NCBI GenBank assembly: GCA_964486155.1
Contig: CAZAKQ010000003.1
Coordinates: 1 to 61,022 of the forward strand
Origin: an uncultured Candidatus Saccharibacteria bacterium
GTDB lineage: Bacteria; Patescibacteriota; Minisyncoccia; Phycocordibacterales; UBA12079
Direction: 5' to 3'
Length of the DNA stretch: 61,022 nucleotides
The translations under genes and the position numbers were made by a program. The notes under the pieces were generated by a model. The model did no database searches. It saw only the letters and a list, made by a program, of their open reading frames with translations, and was not told where the DNA came from. Positions 44,149 to 53,619 of this stretch are shown piece by piece. Within the stretch, counting starts at the first letter, position 1. Every line of letters starts with the position of its first letter.

Positions 44149-44190
44149 ATTTTAATTAATTAGTGAATTAGTAAATTAGGTTGTTAGGAT

Positions 44191-44211
44191 AAAAATCGCT
44201 TTGCGATTTTT
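44191..44211 (-). promoter_or_regulatory. Leader hairpin AAAAATCGC-ttt-GCGATTTTT upstream of mraY
   Basis: It is a variant of the clpB/rbfA leader hairpin. In gene sense it is followed by atcctaacaacctaatttactaattcactaatt before the ATG. Confidence 0.45.
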
Positions 44212-44413
44212 CTCGACTCATTTTTAATTTTGTAATTTTTAAATAATTTCTAATGTTTCAATGATTCAATTTTCTAAATTTTAATTTCTGGGTCTCTTCG
44301 TTAGAGAATTTTTTAAATTTTAAAAAATTTAAAAAATTCTATGCCTCGCGAAAGCGAAAAGCAGCAGCTTTTCGTTAATAAATTTTACTTTAGTAAAATT
44401 CATTTGTTTTAAT

Positions 44414-44436
44414 GCCTGTTTGTCTGATAGGCAGAC
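44414..44436. repeat. G+C-rich hairpin, family 2 variant
   Basis: The sequence is gcctgtttgtctgataggcagac. It lies 18 nt beyond the DD-carboxypeptidase stop. Confidence 0.55.
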
Positions 44437-44453
44437 TTTTTCGTTTTGATGTT

Positions 44454-45398
44454 TTAATGAACTCCAACACTTGCCCAATATAATTTTTCCATATCTTCAA
44501 AGCGAGCTTCTTTTGTAGATCCCATTACTGAAATTATTACATTATGCCCTAACCCAATATCAAAAGCCATAACTAAATTACCTCCAGCTAAATCTGTAAA
44601 TCCTGTTTTTGAGGCCAACACTCCGGGCAATTTATCTACTATTATATTTGTATTTTTAGTCTGATGAACAACAGAATCTGAATCAATCTGAATTTCCTTT
44701 AATACACTAGCTTTTAATAAGCTAGGATTTTCTTCTAAAATATGCTCCATTAGAATCACAACATCCCTGACAGAGCCATAAGCTCCACTAATTTTTTCAT
44801 TTATATCTAAACCAGATTCATTAAGGAAAAAAGATTGGGTCATCCCCAAATCTTTTGCTGTATTATTCATTTTTCTTATAAAAGTTTCTTGATTTGTTTC
44901 AGTATTCAATGAAGATATCACCGAACCTAAAGCACTAGCACCGTCATTTGATGAAGTTATCAACACAAAATCAATTAAATCTTTTAAATTCCATTTTTCG
45001 TTTAAAACTAAACCACTTTCACCCTCAGTGTTTAAATTTTCTTCTTGGATAGTCAAAACAGAATTACTTTTTGCATGATTAGAAGCTACTAAAACTGTCA
45101 TTAATTTAGTTAAAGAAGCCATAGGAAACTGAATTTCTTCATTAAGAGAAGAAATTTTTCGTTGATGTTTTACATCCCAAACTAAATAAGAATTAGCTGA
45201 AAGAACAAGATCCTCAAAACGATTATCTTTTTTCACTCCTAAAACTTCAACCAGATTTTCTCTTTGTATTAAATCTTTTTCATATTGATGATTAAAATAT
45301 AATGTAGCTTGAACAGATAAATAAAAAACTCCTGCTAGCAAAGCAATCCCAAAAATTGAGATAAATTGTTTTTTAGTAATCTTTAATTCAATTTGCAT
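44454..45398 (-). CDS. D-alanyl-D-alanine carboxypeptidase (S11, PBP5/6-like)
   Basis: It has the SxxK (ASLTK), SxN (SSND) and KTG (SKTGFT) motifs and an N-terminal anchor. Confidence 0.85.
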   Translation of the reverse strand: MQIELKITKKQFISIFGIALLAGVFYLSVQATLYFNHQYEKDLIQRENLVEVLGVKKDNRFEDLVLSANSYLVWDVKHQRKISSLNEEIQFPMASLTKLMTVLVASNHAKSNSVLTIQEENLNTEGESGLVLNEKWNLKDLIDFVLITSSNDGASALGSVISSLNTETNQETFIRKMNNTAKDLGMTQSFFLNESGLDINEKISGAYGSVRDVVILMEHILEENPSLLKASVLKEIQIDSDSVVHQTKNTNIIVDKLPGVLASKTGFTDLAGGNLVMAFDIGLGHNVIISVMGSTKEARFEDMEKLYWASVGVH

Positions 45399-45409
45399 AT
45401 TAATAATCT

Positions 45410-45964
45410 TTAATTTTTTTCTTCTTCCTTTGGTAAATTAGATTCTAATGTTTGTTCTATCTCTTTTTTTATTTCTTTATATTCTGGTAAATCATCAATT
45501 TTTGATATTCCTAAAAACGATAATAAATTTATAGATGCTTTATATAAATAACTTCGGGAATCATTAGGATTTTCTATTTTTTCTATTAATCCTCTGACGT
45601 GCAGGTTTCTTAAAATAAAATTAGAATTAACTCCTCTAATATAATCAATTTTAGCTCTAGTAATTGGACCTCTATATAAAATAATAGAAAGGGTTTCTAG
45701 AGACGCTTTACTTAAATCTTTATTTATTTCTTCTTTTTTTATTGATTCTATTATATCAGAAACTTCTGGAGATGTACCTAAAGAAATTTTATTTTCATCA
45801 ATTATTAAAATAATTCCCCTTTCTTCTAATTTAGATTTTAATATCTCTAAAGCTTCTTGAATTTCATCTAAATCTTTCTGAAAAATTTTAGATAATTTAT
45901 TTATTGTAATTGCTTCTCCGTTAAAAAATAAAACCGCTTCTATTTGTGCATCTAATGTTAACAT
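45410..45964 (-). CDS. scpB: Segregation and condensation protein B
   Basis: The ORF is 184 aa with tandem wHTH domains (IEAVLFFNGEAITI...; LETLSIILYRGPITRAKIDYIRGV). It follows scpA. Confidence 0.85.
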   Translation of the reverse strand: MLTLDAQIEAVLFFNGEAITINKLSKIFQKDLDEIQEALEILKSKLEERGIILIIDENKISLGTSPEVSDIIESIKKEEINKDLSKASLETLSIILYRGPITRAKIDYIRGVNSNFILRNLHVRGLIEKIENPNDSRSYLYKASINLLSFLGISKIDDLPEYKEIKKEIEQTLESNLPKEEEKN

Positions 45965-46051
45965 ATTTAATTTTATTTTAAATTTATTTATTTTAAAAAA
46001 TTAAAATTTATATAAACTTTAATTTTATATTTATAATCTTAAAAAATGTAA

Positions 46052-46816
46052 TTATATTCTTTCCATATAATTAGGAATACTCACTTCTTGAGTATCCATA
46101 TCTATATCTCCAAATTGACTATCTTGCTTTACACTTATAGCTCCTTGTTTAACCAATTCAAGCATAGCCAAAAAACTTATAACTACATTTACTTTTTTTT
46201 CTTTTGAAGAATTATTTAAAGTATTTAATCCTGAATATTCATTAAAACTCATTTTTAATACTGAATTAATTCTATTACTTAAATCATCTATAACATCTTC
46301 CAAAGCGATTATTTTATCAACAATTGCTTTTGGTGACAAGACTTTCTTAGGAATTCGTCGGATAAGATTTTTAATCAAAAATAATGATTCTCCAACTTTA
46401 AAGTTTTTATCAGGAGAAAAAATTATTTCTCTTTTTTTAGAATATTGACGAAAAAAGATGATCTTCTTAGCAAATAATCTTTCTACATTTAGACTTAATT
46501 GTTTTATCTTCTGATATTCTTTTAATCTATTTTCTAAATCTTCTATACTTCGTCTTTCTTCTTGATTTAAATCCAATTCAGGTAATAAAGACTTGGATTT
46601 TATTAGCATTAAAATGGAAGCTGTTAAAATAAAATCTGCTGAAGATTTTAAGGAAAACTTTTCCATTTTTTCTAAATAAGCTATATAGTCATCAGCTATT
46701 TGAGACAAAGAAACATCACTTATATGCATCTTTCTCTTTTCAATTAAATGCAGAAGTAAATCTAAAGGACCTTGAAAGGCCTCTGTTACCACATTATATT
46801 TTTCTTTGTCCGACAT
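46052..46816 (-). CDS. scpA: Segregation and condensation protein A
   Basis: The ORF is 254 aa. It has FQGPLDLLLHLIEKRKM and a C-terminal FLAMLELVKQG kleisin motif. Confidence 0.85.
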   Translation of the reverse strand: MSDKEKYNVVTEAFQGPLDLLLHLIEKRKMHISDVSLSQIADDYIAYLEKMEKFSLKSSADFILTASILMLIKSKSLLPELDLNQEERRSIEDLENRLKEYQKIKQLSLNVERLFAKKIIFFRQYSKKREIIFSPDKNFKVGESLFLIKNLIRRIPKKVLSPKAIVDKIIALEDVIDDLSNRINSVLKMSFNEYSGLNTLNNSSKEKKVNVVISFLAMLELVKQGAISVKQDSQFGDIDMDTQEVSIPNYMERI

Positions 46817-46965
46817 TTGTTAATTATATAATATAATTTTAATTTTAGATAATTAAAACTGTGCAAAACAAAAAAAATAATTACCTTGCTAATTTTTCTT
46901 AACTATGTTATTTATTTAGTTTAGAGAAAGTTCATTAACTTAAATTAAACTGAAAGGAATTGAAA

Positions 46966-47460
46966 ATGTTTAAAGAAAAAAGAAATACTGCAAAATCTAT
47001 AAAGATTTTATTGGCTGTAATTTTATTCTTTGTAGGAATCTATATGTTATCTCTTATTATAGATGCTATAAACAAATGGACTAAAGAAATACATAATCAA
47101 GAAATTATTTATAATACTGTCCAGCAAAAAGAAAGCAGTATACCACCCAGAGATTCTACACAATTGATTGGAAACATTATAGTAGTTGAAATTGCTCAAT
47201 ATCATGAAAACTTAAAAAATAAGAAGGAGCTTAGAAGCTTCCTGATTGATAATGTAACTGAATATTTAAATTCCGAAAAAAGAATTTTGAAAATTTATGC
47301 AAAATTAGGAAATTTCAAAAACGACAATGTTCAAATAGAATACTCCAGAAGTAAAGAAACAAAACAAGCTTCTTGGGAAATACGAGTAGGGAGTCAGCCA
47401 ACAAAAAAACCCGTAAAAGTTTTACTTTTTGATAAAGATTTTAATCAGTTATACAGATAG
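46966..47460 (+). CDS. Hypothetical membrane-anchored protein
   Basis: It has an N-terminal TM helix. I prefer the ATG at 46966, with aaagga upstream, over the TTG at 46960. Confidence 0.45.
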   Translation: MFKEKRNTAKSIKILLAVILFFVGIYMLSLIIDAINKWTKEIHNQEIIYNTVQQKESSIPPRDSTQLIGNIIVVEIAQYHENLKNKKELRSFLIDNVTEYLNSEKRILKIYAKLGNFKNDNVQIEYSRSKETKQASWEIRVGSQPTKKPVKVLLFDKDFNQLYR

Positions 47461-47495
47461 ATAAGTTCTTAATTTATAAAAGATAAGGAGAAGAA

Positions 47496-47765
47496 ATGAC
47501 TGGAATCAGGGAAATCAAAGATTTTTTTATGGATAAGGAATTTGGAACTCCTTTTTCCATTCAAAATAACGAAATATTAATTTTTTTAGGATTTTATCAG
47601 AATGATGCAGGAAAAGATGAAGGAGTTTTAACTTGTAATCCCCATACTAAAAATCCCAAATTAATTAAACATCGATTTGAAAAAATTAAACCTCAGACTA
47701 CTTCCTTTACTCCTAAATTTCCACCTTGGGAGTATAGTATGTTTTTTCCTTTTTTAATTAAATAA
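47496..47765 (+). CDS. Hypothetical protein
   Basis: The ORF is 89 aa with the SD aaggagaag. A terminator hairpin lies at 47780-47819. Confidence 0.5.
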   Translation: MTGIREIKDFFMDKEFGTPFSIQNNEILIFLGFYQNDAGKDEGVLTCNPHTKNPKLIKHRFEKIKPQTTSFTPKFPPWEYSMFFPFLIK

Positions 47766-47815
47766 ACAAAGGTTTGAAGAACAAGTGAATAAGATTATAA
47801 TTCTGATTCACTTGT

Positions 47816-48039
47816 TTTTATTATCGACGTAGTGCGAGAGTAATAGAAAAATGTAGCAAAGCGAAATTTTTCTATTGCCGAGCCGAGGAGTTAATATAAG
47901 GAAACCATATAATTCCTACGTTCGGATTATATGAAAATAAATTTTCACAAATCCTCACTTGAAATTATAAGACGAAGTGCTTTTATTATCGACGTAGTGC
48001 GAGAGTAATAGAAAAATGTAGCAAAGCGAAATTTTTCTA
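47816..48039. repeat. Nested repeat block: two 59-bp direct repeats flanking a copy of the 87-bp-family element
   Basis: ttttattatcgacgtagtgcgagagtaatagaaaaatgtagcaaagcgaaatttttcta occurs at 47816-47874 and 47981-48039. Between them, 47906-47968 is related to the 16911 unit (catataatt..cgttcggattatat...aaatcctcacttgaaattat). Confidence 0.85.
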
Positions 48040-48088
48040 CAATGCTTCGTCAGCTTGTTGTGAGGAATTTTTATTTTAGTATTTTAAA

Positions 48089-49159
48089 TTATTCTTTTTC
48101 AGGTTTATCTAATAAAACAGGTTCTATTTCAGCAGAATCTCCAGTAATTCTATAAACATCTTTGTCTACTTTCTTTAATTCTTTTCTAGACCTATTAAAA
48201 TGATTAACTGTAGTAGAAAGAGAATTTCCTAATTTAGTATGATAAGTATCATAGGCTTTAATATGCCCTTTTAATTTTTCTACATTTTTGTATATTTCTT
48301 GAGCATTTTTTTCTATCTTAAAAGCATTAAATCCTTGCAATATAGTATTTAAATAAGCCACAAAAGTAGTCGGAGAAACTATTATTACTTTTCTATCACG
48401 ATAAGCATATTCAATTAAAGATTTTGTGTTTACTTTTATAGAACCTACTTCGTTTACTAACAAATCATAATAAATAGCTTCAGCAGGAATATACATAAGA
48501 GCAAAAGGGAGAGTACCTTCTTTAGGTTTTATATATTTTGCAGTTTCATCAATTCTTTTCTTTAAATCATTTTTGAATTCCTTTTCTAAAATTATTTTTT
48601 TGTCTTCATCATCTTCATTTACAATTCTATTATAATTATCTAAAGAAAATTTAGCATCTACAGGAATAATTCCATCTTTAGAATGAATTACTGCATCTAC
48701 AATATCTCCATCCTTAAATGAATATTGCATTTGATAAGCTGTCGGAGGAAGAATATTATTTAAAATTAAATCTAAACCTCTTTCACCTAAATTTCCTCTT
48801 TGTTTTTGGTTTTTTAAAACTTTTTCAAGATTTTGTAATTGTTCAGTCATTCCAAATACTTGTTTGTTGGTTTCTTTTATTTCAGTCATTTTTTCAGTAA
48901 TATCTTTAATTAATTTCTGAGATTCACCAAATTGATTTTTTACTGACTCACTCATTAACTTTGAAGACTCCCCTATTTTTAAATCAAGAGTTTTATTCAA
49001 TTCATTCATTTGATTTTGTAAAAGTAAAAAAGATTTATCGTCTTCTTTATTTTCTGATTTTTGTTGACCTTGTTTTATTATTTTATAAACAAACCAAAAA
49101 AAAGCTCCATTTAAAACAAAAGCTAAAAGAATTAATAAATAAATAGTTGTTGAACTCAT
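48089..49159 (-). CDS. rmuC: DNA recombination protein RmuC
   Basis: The ORF is 356 aa with an N-terminal TM helix and coiled coil. The C-terminal nuclease-like domain has the block VDAKFSL...MYIPAEAIY. Confidence 0.85.
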   Translation of the reverse strand: MSSTTIYLLILLAFVLNGAFFWFVYKIIKQGQQKSENKEDDKSFLLLQNQMNELNKTLDLKIGESSKLMSESVKNQFGESQKLIKDITEKMTEIKETNKQVFGMTEQLQNLEKVLKNQKQRGNLGERGLDLILNNILPPTAYQMQYSFKDGDIVDAVIHSKDGIIPVDAKFSLDNYNRIVNEDDEDKKIILEKEFKNDLKKRIDETAKYIKPKEGTLPFALMYIPAEAIYYDLLVNEVGSIKVNTKSLIEYAYRDRKVIIVSPTTFVAYLNTILQGFNAFKIEKNAQEIYKNVEKLKGHIKAYDTYHTKLGNSLSTTVNHFNRSRKELKKVDKDVYRITGDSAEIEPVLLDKPEKE

Positions 49160-49233
49160 ATAATAAATTATATCAAAAATACCAAAATATTTAAACTATG
49201 AATTATTATAAATATTTAGAATTTTAAACTTTT

Positions 49234-49267
49234 AACATTCTAACATTCTATAGAATGTTAGAATGTT
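49234..49267. promoter_or_regulatory. Perfect 34-nt palindrome (aacattctaacattcta|tagaatgttagaatgtt)
   Basis: It lies between the rmuC start (49159) and the promoter of the orphan RNA at 49332. Each arm is a direct duplication of aacattct. Confidence 0.5.
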
Positions 49268-49365
49268 GACTCGTTAAATTTCTTAATTTATCGATTATTG
49301 TCGGTTATAGTGTAGCCGATAAATAGTTTTCTTGACTTTTTTTAATATTTTGATAATATTAAAAG

Positions 49366-49657
49366 ACCGTTACTGTCAGAGAGCACTTCGGAGAACTAGG
49401 GGAAATAATATTTCAAGTAATAATGAGATCGTTTTGTAGAAATGGATCCAATTGATGTCAGTAAAGTACGATATTGAGAGAGAAGGGATTCTCTATATCC
49501 ACTCAATTTCTGAAAAACACTGAATATCTTGTTGTCTCAAGAGAAAACTTTCTATTTCATAGACAAACAAAACTTACCCTAGTTTCTCTGACAGTTGTTA
49601 TAGATGTTCTTTTTAAAGAGATACCACTTGATTAAATGTAACATCAAGTGGTTTTTT
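49366..49657 (+). ncRNA. Orphan structured RNA gene (~290 nt) with a long closing helix; 6S-like architecture is a hypothesis only
   Basis: It has a TTGACT -35 (49332-49337), a 16-nt spacer and a TAATAT -10 (49354-49359). 5' ctgtcagaga..aactaggg (49373-) pairs with ccctagtttctctgacag (49577-49594). It has internal stems and a terminator accacttgat..atcaagtggt followed by T6 (49623-49657). Confidence 0.55.
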
Positions 49658-49679
49658 GTTGTCAAATTTTAATTATTTA

Positions 49680-49786
49680 GAAATCCGACCTCAGTATTAA
49701 TACTAAAAGAAATCCGACTTCGTATTCTATAAAACAAAATTAATTATCTAAAGATTATTGGTATCTTAATTAAGAAGTCGAATTTC
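49680..49786 (-). repeat. Degenerate copy 4 of the ~90-nt 3'-flank element, lacking the 16-nt G+C palindrome
   Basis: The sequence is gaaatccgacctcagta...ctaaagattattggtatcttaattaa|gaagtcgaatttc. It aligns with copy 1 except that TCCGCCAGCTGGCGG is absent. It lies downstream of the P-type ATPase gene. Confidence 0.45.
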
Positions 49787-49907
49787 GTACTAAAATTTAT
49801 GAACATCTTGATTAAAAAATCAAACTTTAATTTTGGGTTGTTTCACTATCGTTCACAAAGACGAATTTTACGAGGCAAAATTCGTTAACAAAAAACTTTA
49901 GTTTTTT

Positions 49908-49932
49908 GTCCCTATCGGACAGGTAGGCAGAG
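49908..49932. repeat. G+C-rich hairpin, family 2 variant
   Basis: The sequence is gtccctatcggacaggtaggcagag. It lies ~32 nt beyond the ATPase stop. Confidence 0.5.
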
Positions 49933-49963
49933 CTGACGACAAAATATGTTAAATTTGAGTTTA

Positions 49964-52570
49964 TTATTTTTTTAGGAAAAATAAATATTTAGCTACTTCT
50001 ATTAAAATTAAATTAAAAATTCCTAGAAGTATTATTACCCACACGTCAAAAATATTTAATGAAACTGTATGTAAAATTAATTGTAAAAAAGGAACATATA
50101 TAGCAGCTAAAATCATTCCCATACTTAAAATCCAAGAAATTATTAAAAATTTGTTTGAAAAAATATTTATTTTCCATATAGGTTTATGCAAAGATTTTAG
50201 CGAAATAGCAAAAAATAAAGAATCAATAGAAAGAGCTACAAACATAATAGTTCTTATTTCTTCTAACGGAAGATTTAATTTTGTCAAAACAAAATAAAAA
50301 GCTATCAAAAATGAACCTGTAATCAAAGCTATCATCGTTATCATATTTCGTAAACGAGGAGTTAGAATCTCTGAATTATAAATTTTATCATTTTTAGTTT
50401 TAGAGTATCTTTCTTTTGGCTCAAAAACAAAAGCAAAATTCATAAAACCCTCTTCTACAATATTTATCCATAGAATTTGTGAAGCCAATACCGGCAAAGG
50501 TAACCCAAATAATAAAGCTCCAGCTACTACAAACACTTCGGAGAAAGAAGTTGAAAGTAGATAAGCCGTTATTTTTTTTAAATTATCAATAATCCTTCTT
50601 CCTTCTTCTACAGCAAAAACAATAACTGAAAAAGAATTATCTAATAAAACTAAATCAGCAGATTCTTTTGCTACTTCGGTCCCACTTTCTACTGCCATTC
50701 CTACATCAGCATTTCTTAAAGCAGGAGCATCATTTATACCGTCACCTGTCATAGCAATTATTTCTCCCATTCTTTTTAATTCTCTAGAAACTCTTAATTT
50801 TTGATTAGGATTCATTCGAGCAAAGACATTGATTTTTCTTAGAGCTTTTTCTAATTCATCGTCATTCATTTTCTCAACTTCAGACCCTGTCAATACAGGA
50901 TCTCCTTTTTTACAAATACCCACTTCTTCAGCTATTTTTCGAGCAGTTCCTTGATTATCTCCTGTTACCATTATAGTTCTAACTCCCAATCTTTTTGTAA
51001 TTAAAAGAGATTCTTTTACATCTTTTCTAATAGGATCCTCAAAAACAATTAAGCCAACAAATACTAAGTCTTTTGTTATTTCTTTATTTATTTTGTCCCA
51101 AGAAACTTTTTTATAAGCTTGTCCTGTCAATCTCAATCCTAAATTAGTTTTTTCAGTTAATATCTTTTTAAAATGGGTTTTTTCTTTTTTTGTAATTTTT
51201 CGCTTTTTTCCATTTTCAAAAATATAAGTAGATTTTTCTAGCAAAATATCTGGACGTCCATTTATATATAAAATATTTTCTTTTTCTGAAGATTTATTTA
51301 AAGAAGCTGAATAACCGTTTTTTGATGAAAACAAAAGTAAATCTAAACGAGCATTTTCTGTTTCTAATTCTTCTTGACTAATCCCTTTTTCTAATCCTTT
51401 GGTAATAATAGCTTTTTCTATAGGTCTTCCTTGAACAACCAATTTTTCGTTTTCATCTTTTTCTACAAAAGCATCAGAACCTATTACGGCCATTTTTAAG
51501 GCTTCATTTTTATCATTTTTATTTATAGTTATTAAATCTGCTAATTTCATTTTAGCCTCAGTAATTGTTCCTGTTTTATCAGTCAAAATAATAGAAACAT
51601 TTCCTAAAGTTTCTGAAGCTAAAAGATTTTTTACTAAACCACCTTTCTTTAAAATTTGTTTCATTCCAACTGCCAAAACAGCAGTAGTAGCTATAGGTAA
51701 CCCTTCTGGAATTACTGCTATAGCAACAGCAATAGCCACTAAAAACATATCTACATAAGACTCTCCTTTAAAAATTCCTAAAAAGAAAATTAAAACAGTT
51801 GCAAATAATACAGTTATGGTTAGAAAACGAATCAACCTATCCATTTTTCTTTTCATTGGAGTAACTCTTTCATAATTAGTTAAATTTTGAGAAATTTTAC
51901 CTAATTCTGTCTCATTTCCTATAGCTGTCACTAAACCTAACCCATAACCAGCTGACACAGAAGTCCCCATCCAAAGCATATTTTTTTGATCAGAGATACT
52001 TAAGTTTTCTTTTTTTATTATTTTAGAATTCTTTTCTACATCTATCCATTCTCCTGTTAAAATAGCTTCATTTACTTGTAAATTTTTTGACTGAATAAGA
52101 CGTATATCAGCTGGAACATAAACTCCTGCATTTAAAACTACTAAATCTCCTTTAGTTAAATTCTGAATAGGAATTATTTTTTGCAACCCTTCTCTTATCA
52201 CTGTGGCGGTTTTTTCTTGTGCTTTATTTAATTTCTCAAAAGCTTTATCTGCTTTATCTTCTTGGAAAATACCAACTGTTAAATTTATAAAAACAGCTAA
52301 AAATACTACGGTAGCATCTAAAAATGAACTCAGCACTAAAGCAACAATTCCTGCAATTATCAAAATAAGATTCAAAGGGCTTTTGATATGTGAAAAAACC
52401 TTACTTATAAAAGTAATTTTCTTTTTTTTATTAATTATATTAAAACCGTATTTTTTAGAATTATTAGAAACTTTTCTTAAAGTAAGACCTTTTTCTAAAT
52501 TAGATTTAAACCTTTTTTCTAATTCTTCTTTTTTAAGACTATACCAAATCTCTAGAGAATTTGTTATCAT
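49964..52570 (-). CDS. Cation-transporting P-type ATPase (P2/Ca2+-type architecture)
   Basis: The ORF is 868 aa. It has the DKTGTIT phosphorylation motif, TGE, MVTGDN and GDGINDAPAL, with 10 TM helices. Confidence 0.9.
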   Translation of the reverse strand: MITNSLEIWYSLKKEELEKRFKSNLEKGLTLRKVSNNSKKYGFNIINKKKKITFISKVFSHIKSPLNLILIIAGIVALVLSSFLDATVVFLAVFINLTVGIFQEDKADKAFEKLNKAQEKTATVIREGLQKIIPIQNLTKGDLVVLNAGVYVPADIRLIQSKNLQVNEAILTGEWIDVEKNSKIIKKENLSISDQKNMLWMGTSVSAGYGLGLVTAIGNETELGKISQNLTNYERVTPMKRKMDRLIRFLTITVLFATVLIFFLGIFKGESYVDMFLVAIAVAIAVIPEGLPIATTAVLAVGMKQILKKGGLVKNLLASETLGNVSIILTDKTGTITEAKMKLADLITINKNDKNEALKMAVIGSDAFVEKDENEKLVVQGRPIEKAIITKGLEKGISQEELETENARLDLLLFSSKNGYSASLNKSSEKENILYINGRPDILLEKSTYIFENGKKRKITKKEKTHFKKILTEKTNLGLRLTGQAYKKVSWDKINKEITKDLVFVGLIVFEDPIRKDVKESLLITKRLGVRTIMVTGDNQGTARKIAEEVGICKKGDPVLTGSEVEKMNDDELEKALRKINVFARMNPNQKLRVSRELKRMGEIIAMTGDGINDAPALRNADVGMAVESGTEVAKESADLVLLDNSFSVIVFAVEEGRRIIDNLKKITAYLLSTSFSEVFVVAGALLFGLPLPVLASQILWINIVEEGFMNFAFVFEPKERYSKTKNDKIYNSEILTPRLRNMITMIALITGSFLIAFYFVLTKLNLPLEEIRTIMFVALSIDSLFFAISLKSLHKPIWKINIFSNKFLIISWILSMGMILAAIYVPFLQLILHTVSLNIFDVWVIILLGIFNLILIEVAKYLFFLKK

Positions 52571-52678
52571 AATATTTAAGATATATTAAAAATTTTCAAT
52601 TTGTTTTTTAATTTTAACATATATTTAAAAAAGTTTCTGTTTAAAATATTTTTATAAAAAACTTTACCATACTATACT

Positions 52679-52720
52679 ATATCTATTATATTATTATATA
52701 TAATAATATAATAGATATAT
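52679..52720. promoter_or_regulatory. Perfect 42-nt AT-only palindrome in the divergent ATPase/arsR intergenic region (candidate operator)
   Basis: The two arms are atatctattatattattatat and atataataatataatagatat. It lies 30 nt upstream of the ArsR-family gene. Confidence 0.5.
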
Positions 52721-52750
52721 TAAGACTATAAATTAATTTTTAAAATTAAA

Positions 52751-53044
52751 ATGAAGTTCACAGGAAAACAAACTAAATTATTAGAACTTTTTTCTAAAGC
52801 TCTGGCTAATAGAAATAGAATTAAAATTCTGAATCTTATAGATGAAAAACCTAAATTAAATGTAGAAGAAATTTCAGATATTTTAAAAATGAACTATCAA
52901 TCAGGAGCTGTTCATACTCAAAGATTAGAAAAAGTCGGTTTTGTATATAAAAGATACAAAGGTTTATCTGTAGAACATATAATTACAAAGAGAGGTAAAC
53001 ATTTTTTAATTTCTCTCAAAAAAGCATTAACTTTAGAGCTTTAA
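52751..53044 (+). CDS. ArsR/SmtB-family winged-helix transcriptional regulator
   Basis: The ORF is 97 aa. It has LFSKALANRNRIKILNLI...LNVEEISDILKMNYQSGAVHTQRLEKVG, an HTH_20-like segment. Confidence 0.75.
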   Translation: MKFTGKQTKLLELFSKALANRNRIKILNLIDEKPKLNVEEISDILKMNYQSGAVHTQRLEKVGFVYKRYKGLSVEHIITKRGKHFLISLKKALTLEL

Positions 53045-53141
53045 TACTAAAAAAGTATTATAATATTATTATTATAATATTATATATAATAATATAATAA
53101 TAATTACTAACTTATTTACTTAATATTAATAAATAAAAAAT

Positions 53142-53606
53142 ATGAATATTCAAAAACAAATTAAAGAAGAAATGATGGAAGCAATGAAGAATCGTGAAGA
53201 AGTTCGTTTATTAGTTTTACGAAGTTTATTATCTGGGTTTACTAATGAACTAGTGGCTTCTGGTAAAAAACCCCAAGACGAACTTGAAGACTCTGGGGCT
53301 TTAACAGTAATTAAACGAGCAGTTAAACAAAGAAAAGATTCTATTGAACAATTTGAAAAAGGAGGACGGTTAGAATTGGCTCAAAATGAAAAAGCTGAAT
53401 TGGCAGTTTTGGAAAGATATTTACCCGAAATGATGAGTGAGGATAAAATTAAAGAAATAGCTTCAGTCAAAAAAGAAGAATTAGGAATTGAAGATAAAAC
53501 CAAAATGGGAATTTTAATTGGAGCTGTATTAGGGCAAATTAAAAGCATTGGCGAAGAAGCGGACGGTGGATTAGTGAAAAAAGTTGTTGAAGAGTTGTTT
53601 GATTAA
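53142..53606 (+). CDS. GatB/YqeY domain protein
   Basis: The ORF is 154 aa. It has IKEEMMEAMKNREEVRLLVLRSL...KRAVKQRKDSIEQFEKGGR..LA..E..E..VLERYLP. Confidence 0.85.
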   Translation: MNIQKQIKEEMMEAMKNREEVRLLVLRSLLSGFTNELVASGKKPQDELEDSGALTVIKRAVKQRKDSIEQFEKGGRLELAQNEKAELAVLERYLPEMMSEDKIKEIASVKKEELGIEDKTKMGILIGAVLGQIKSIGEEADGGLVKKVVEELFD

Positions 53607-53619
53607 ATATTTTTAAATT

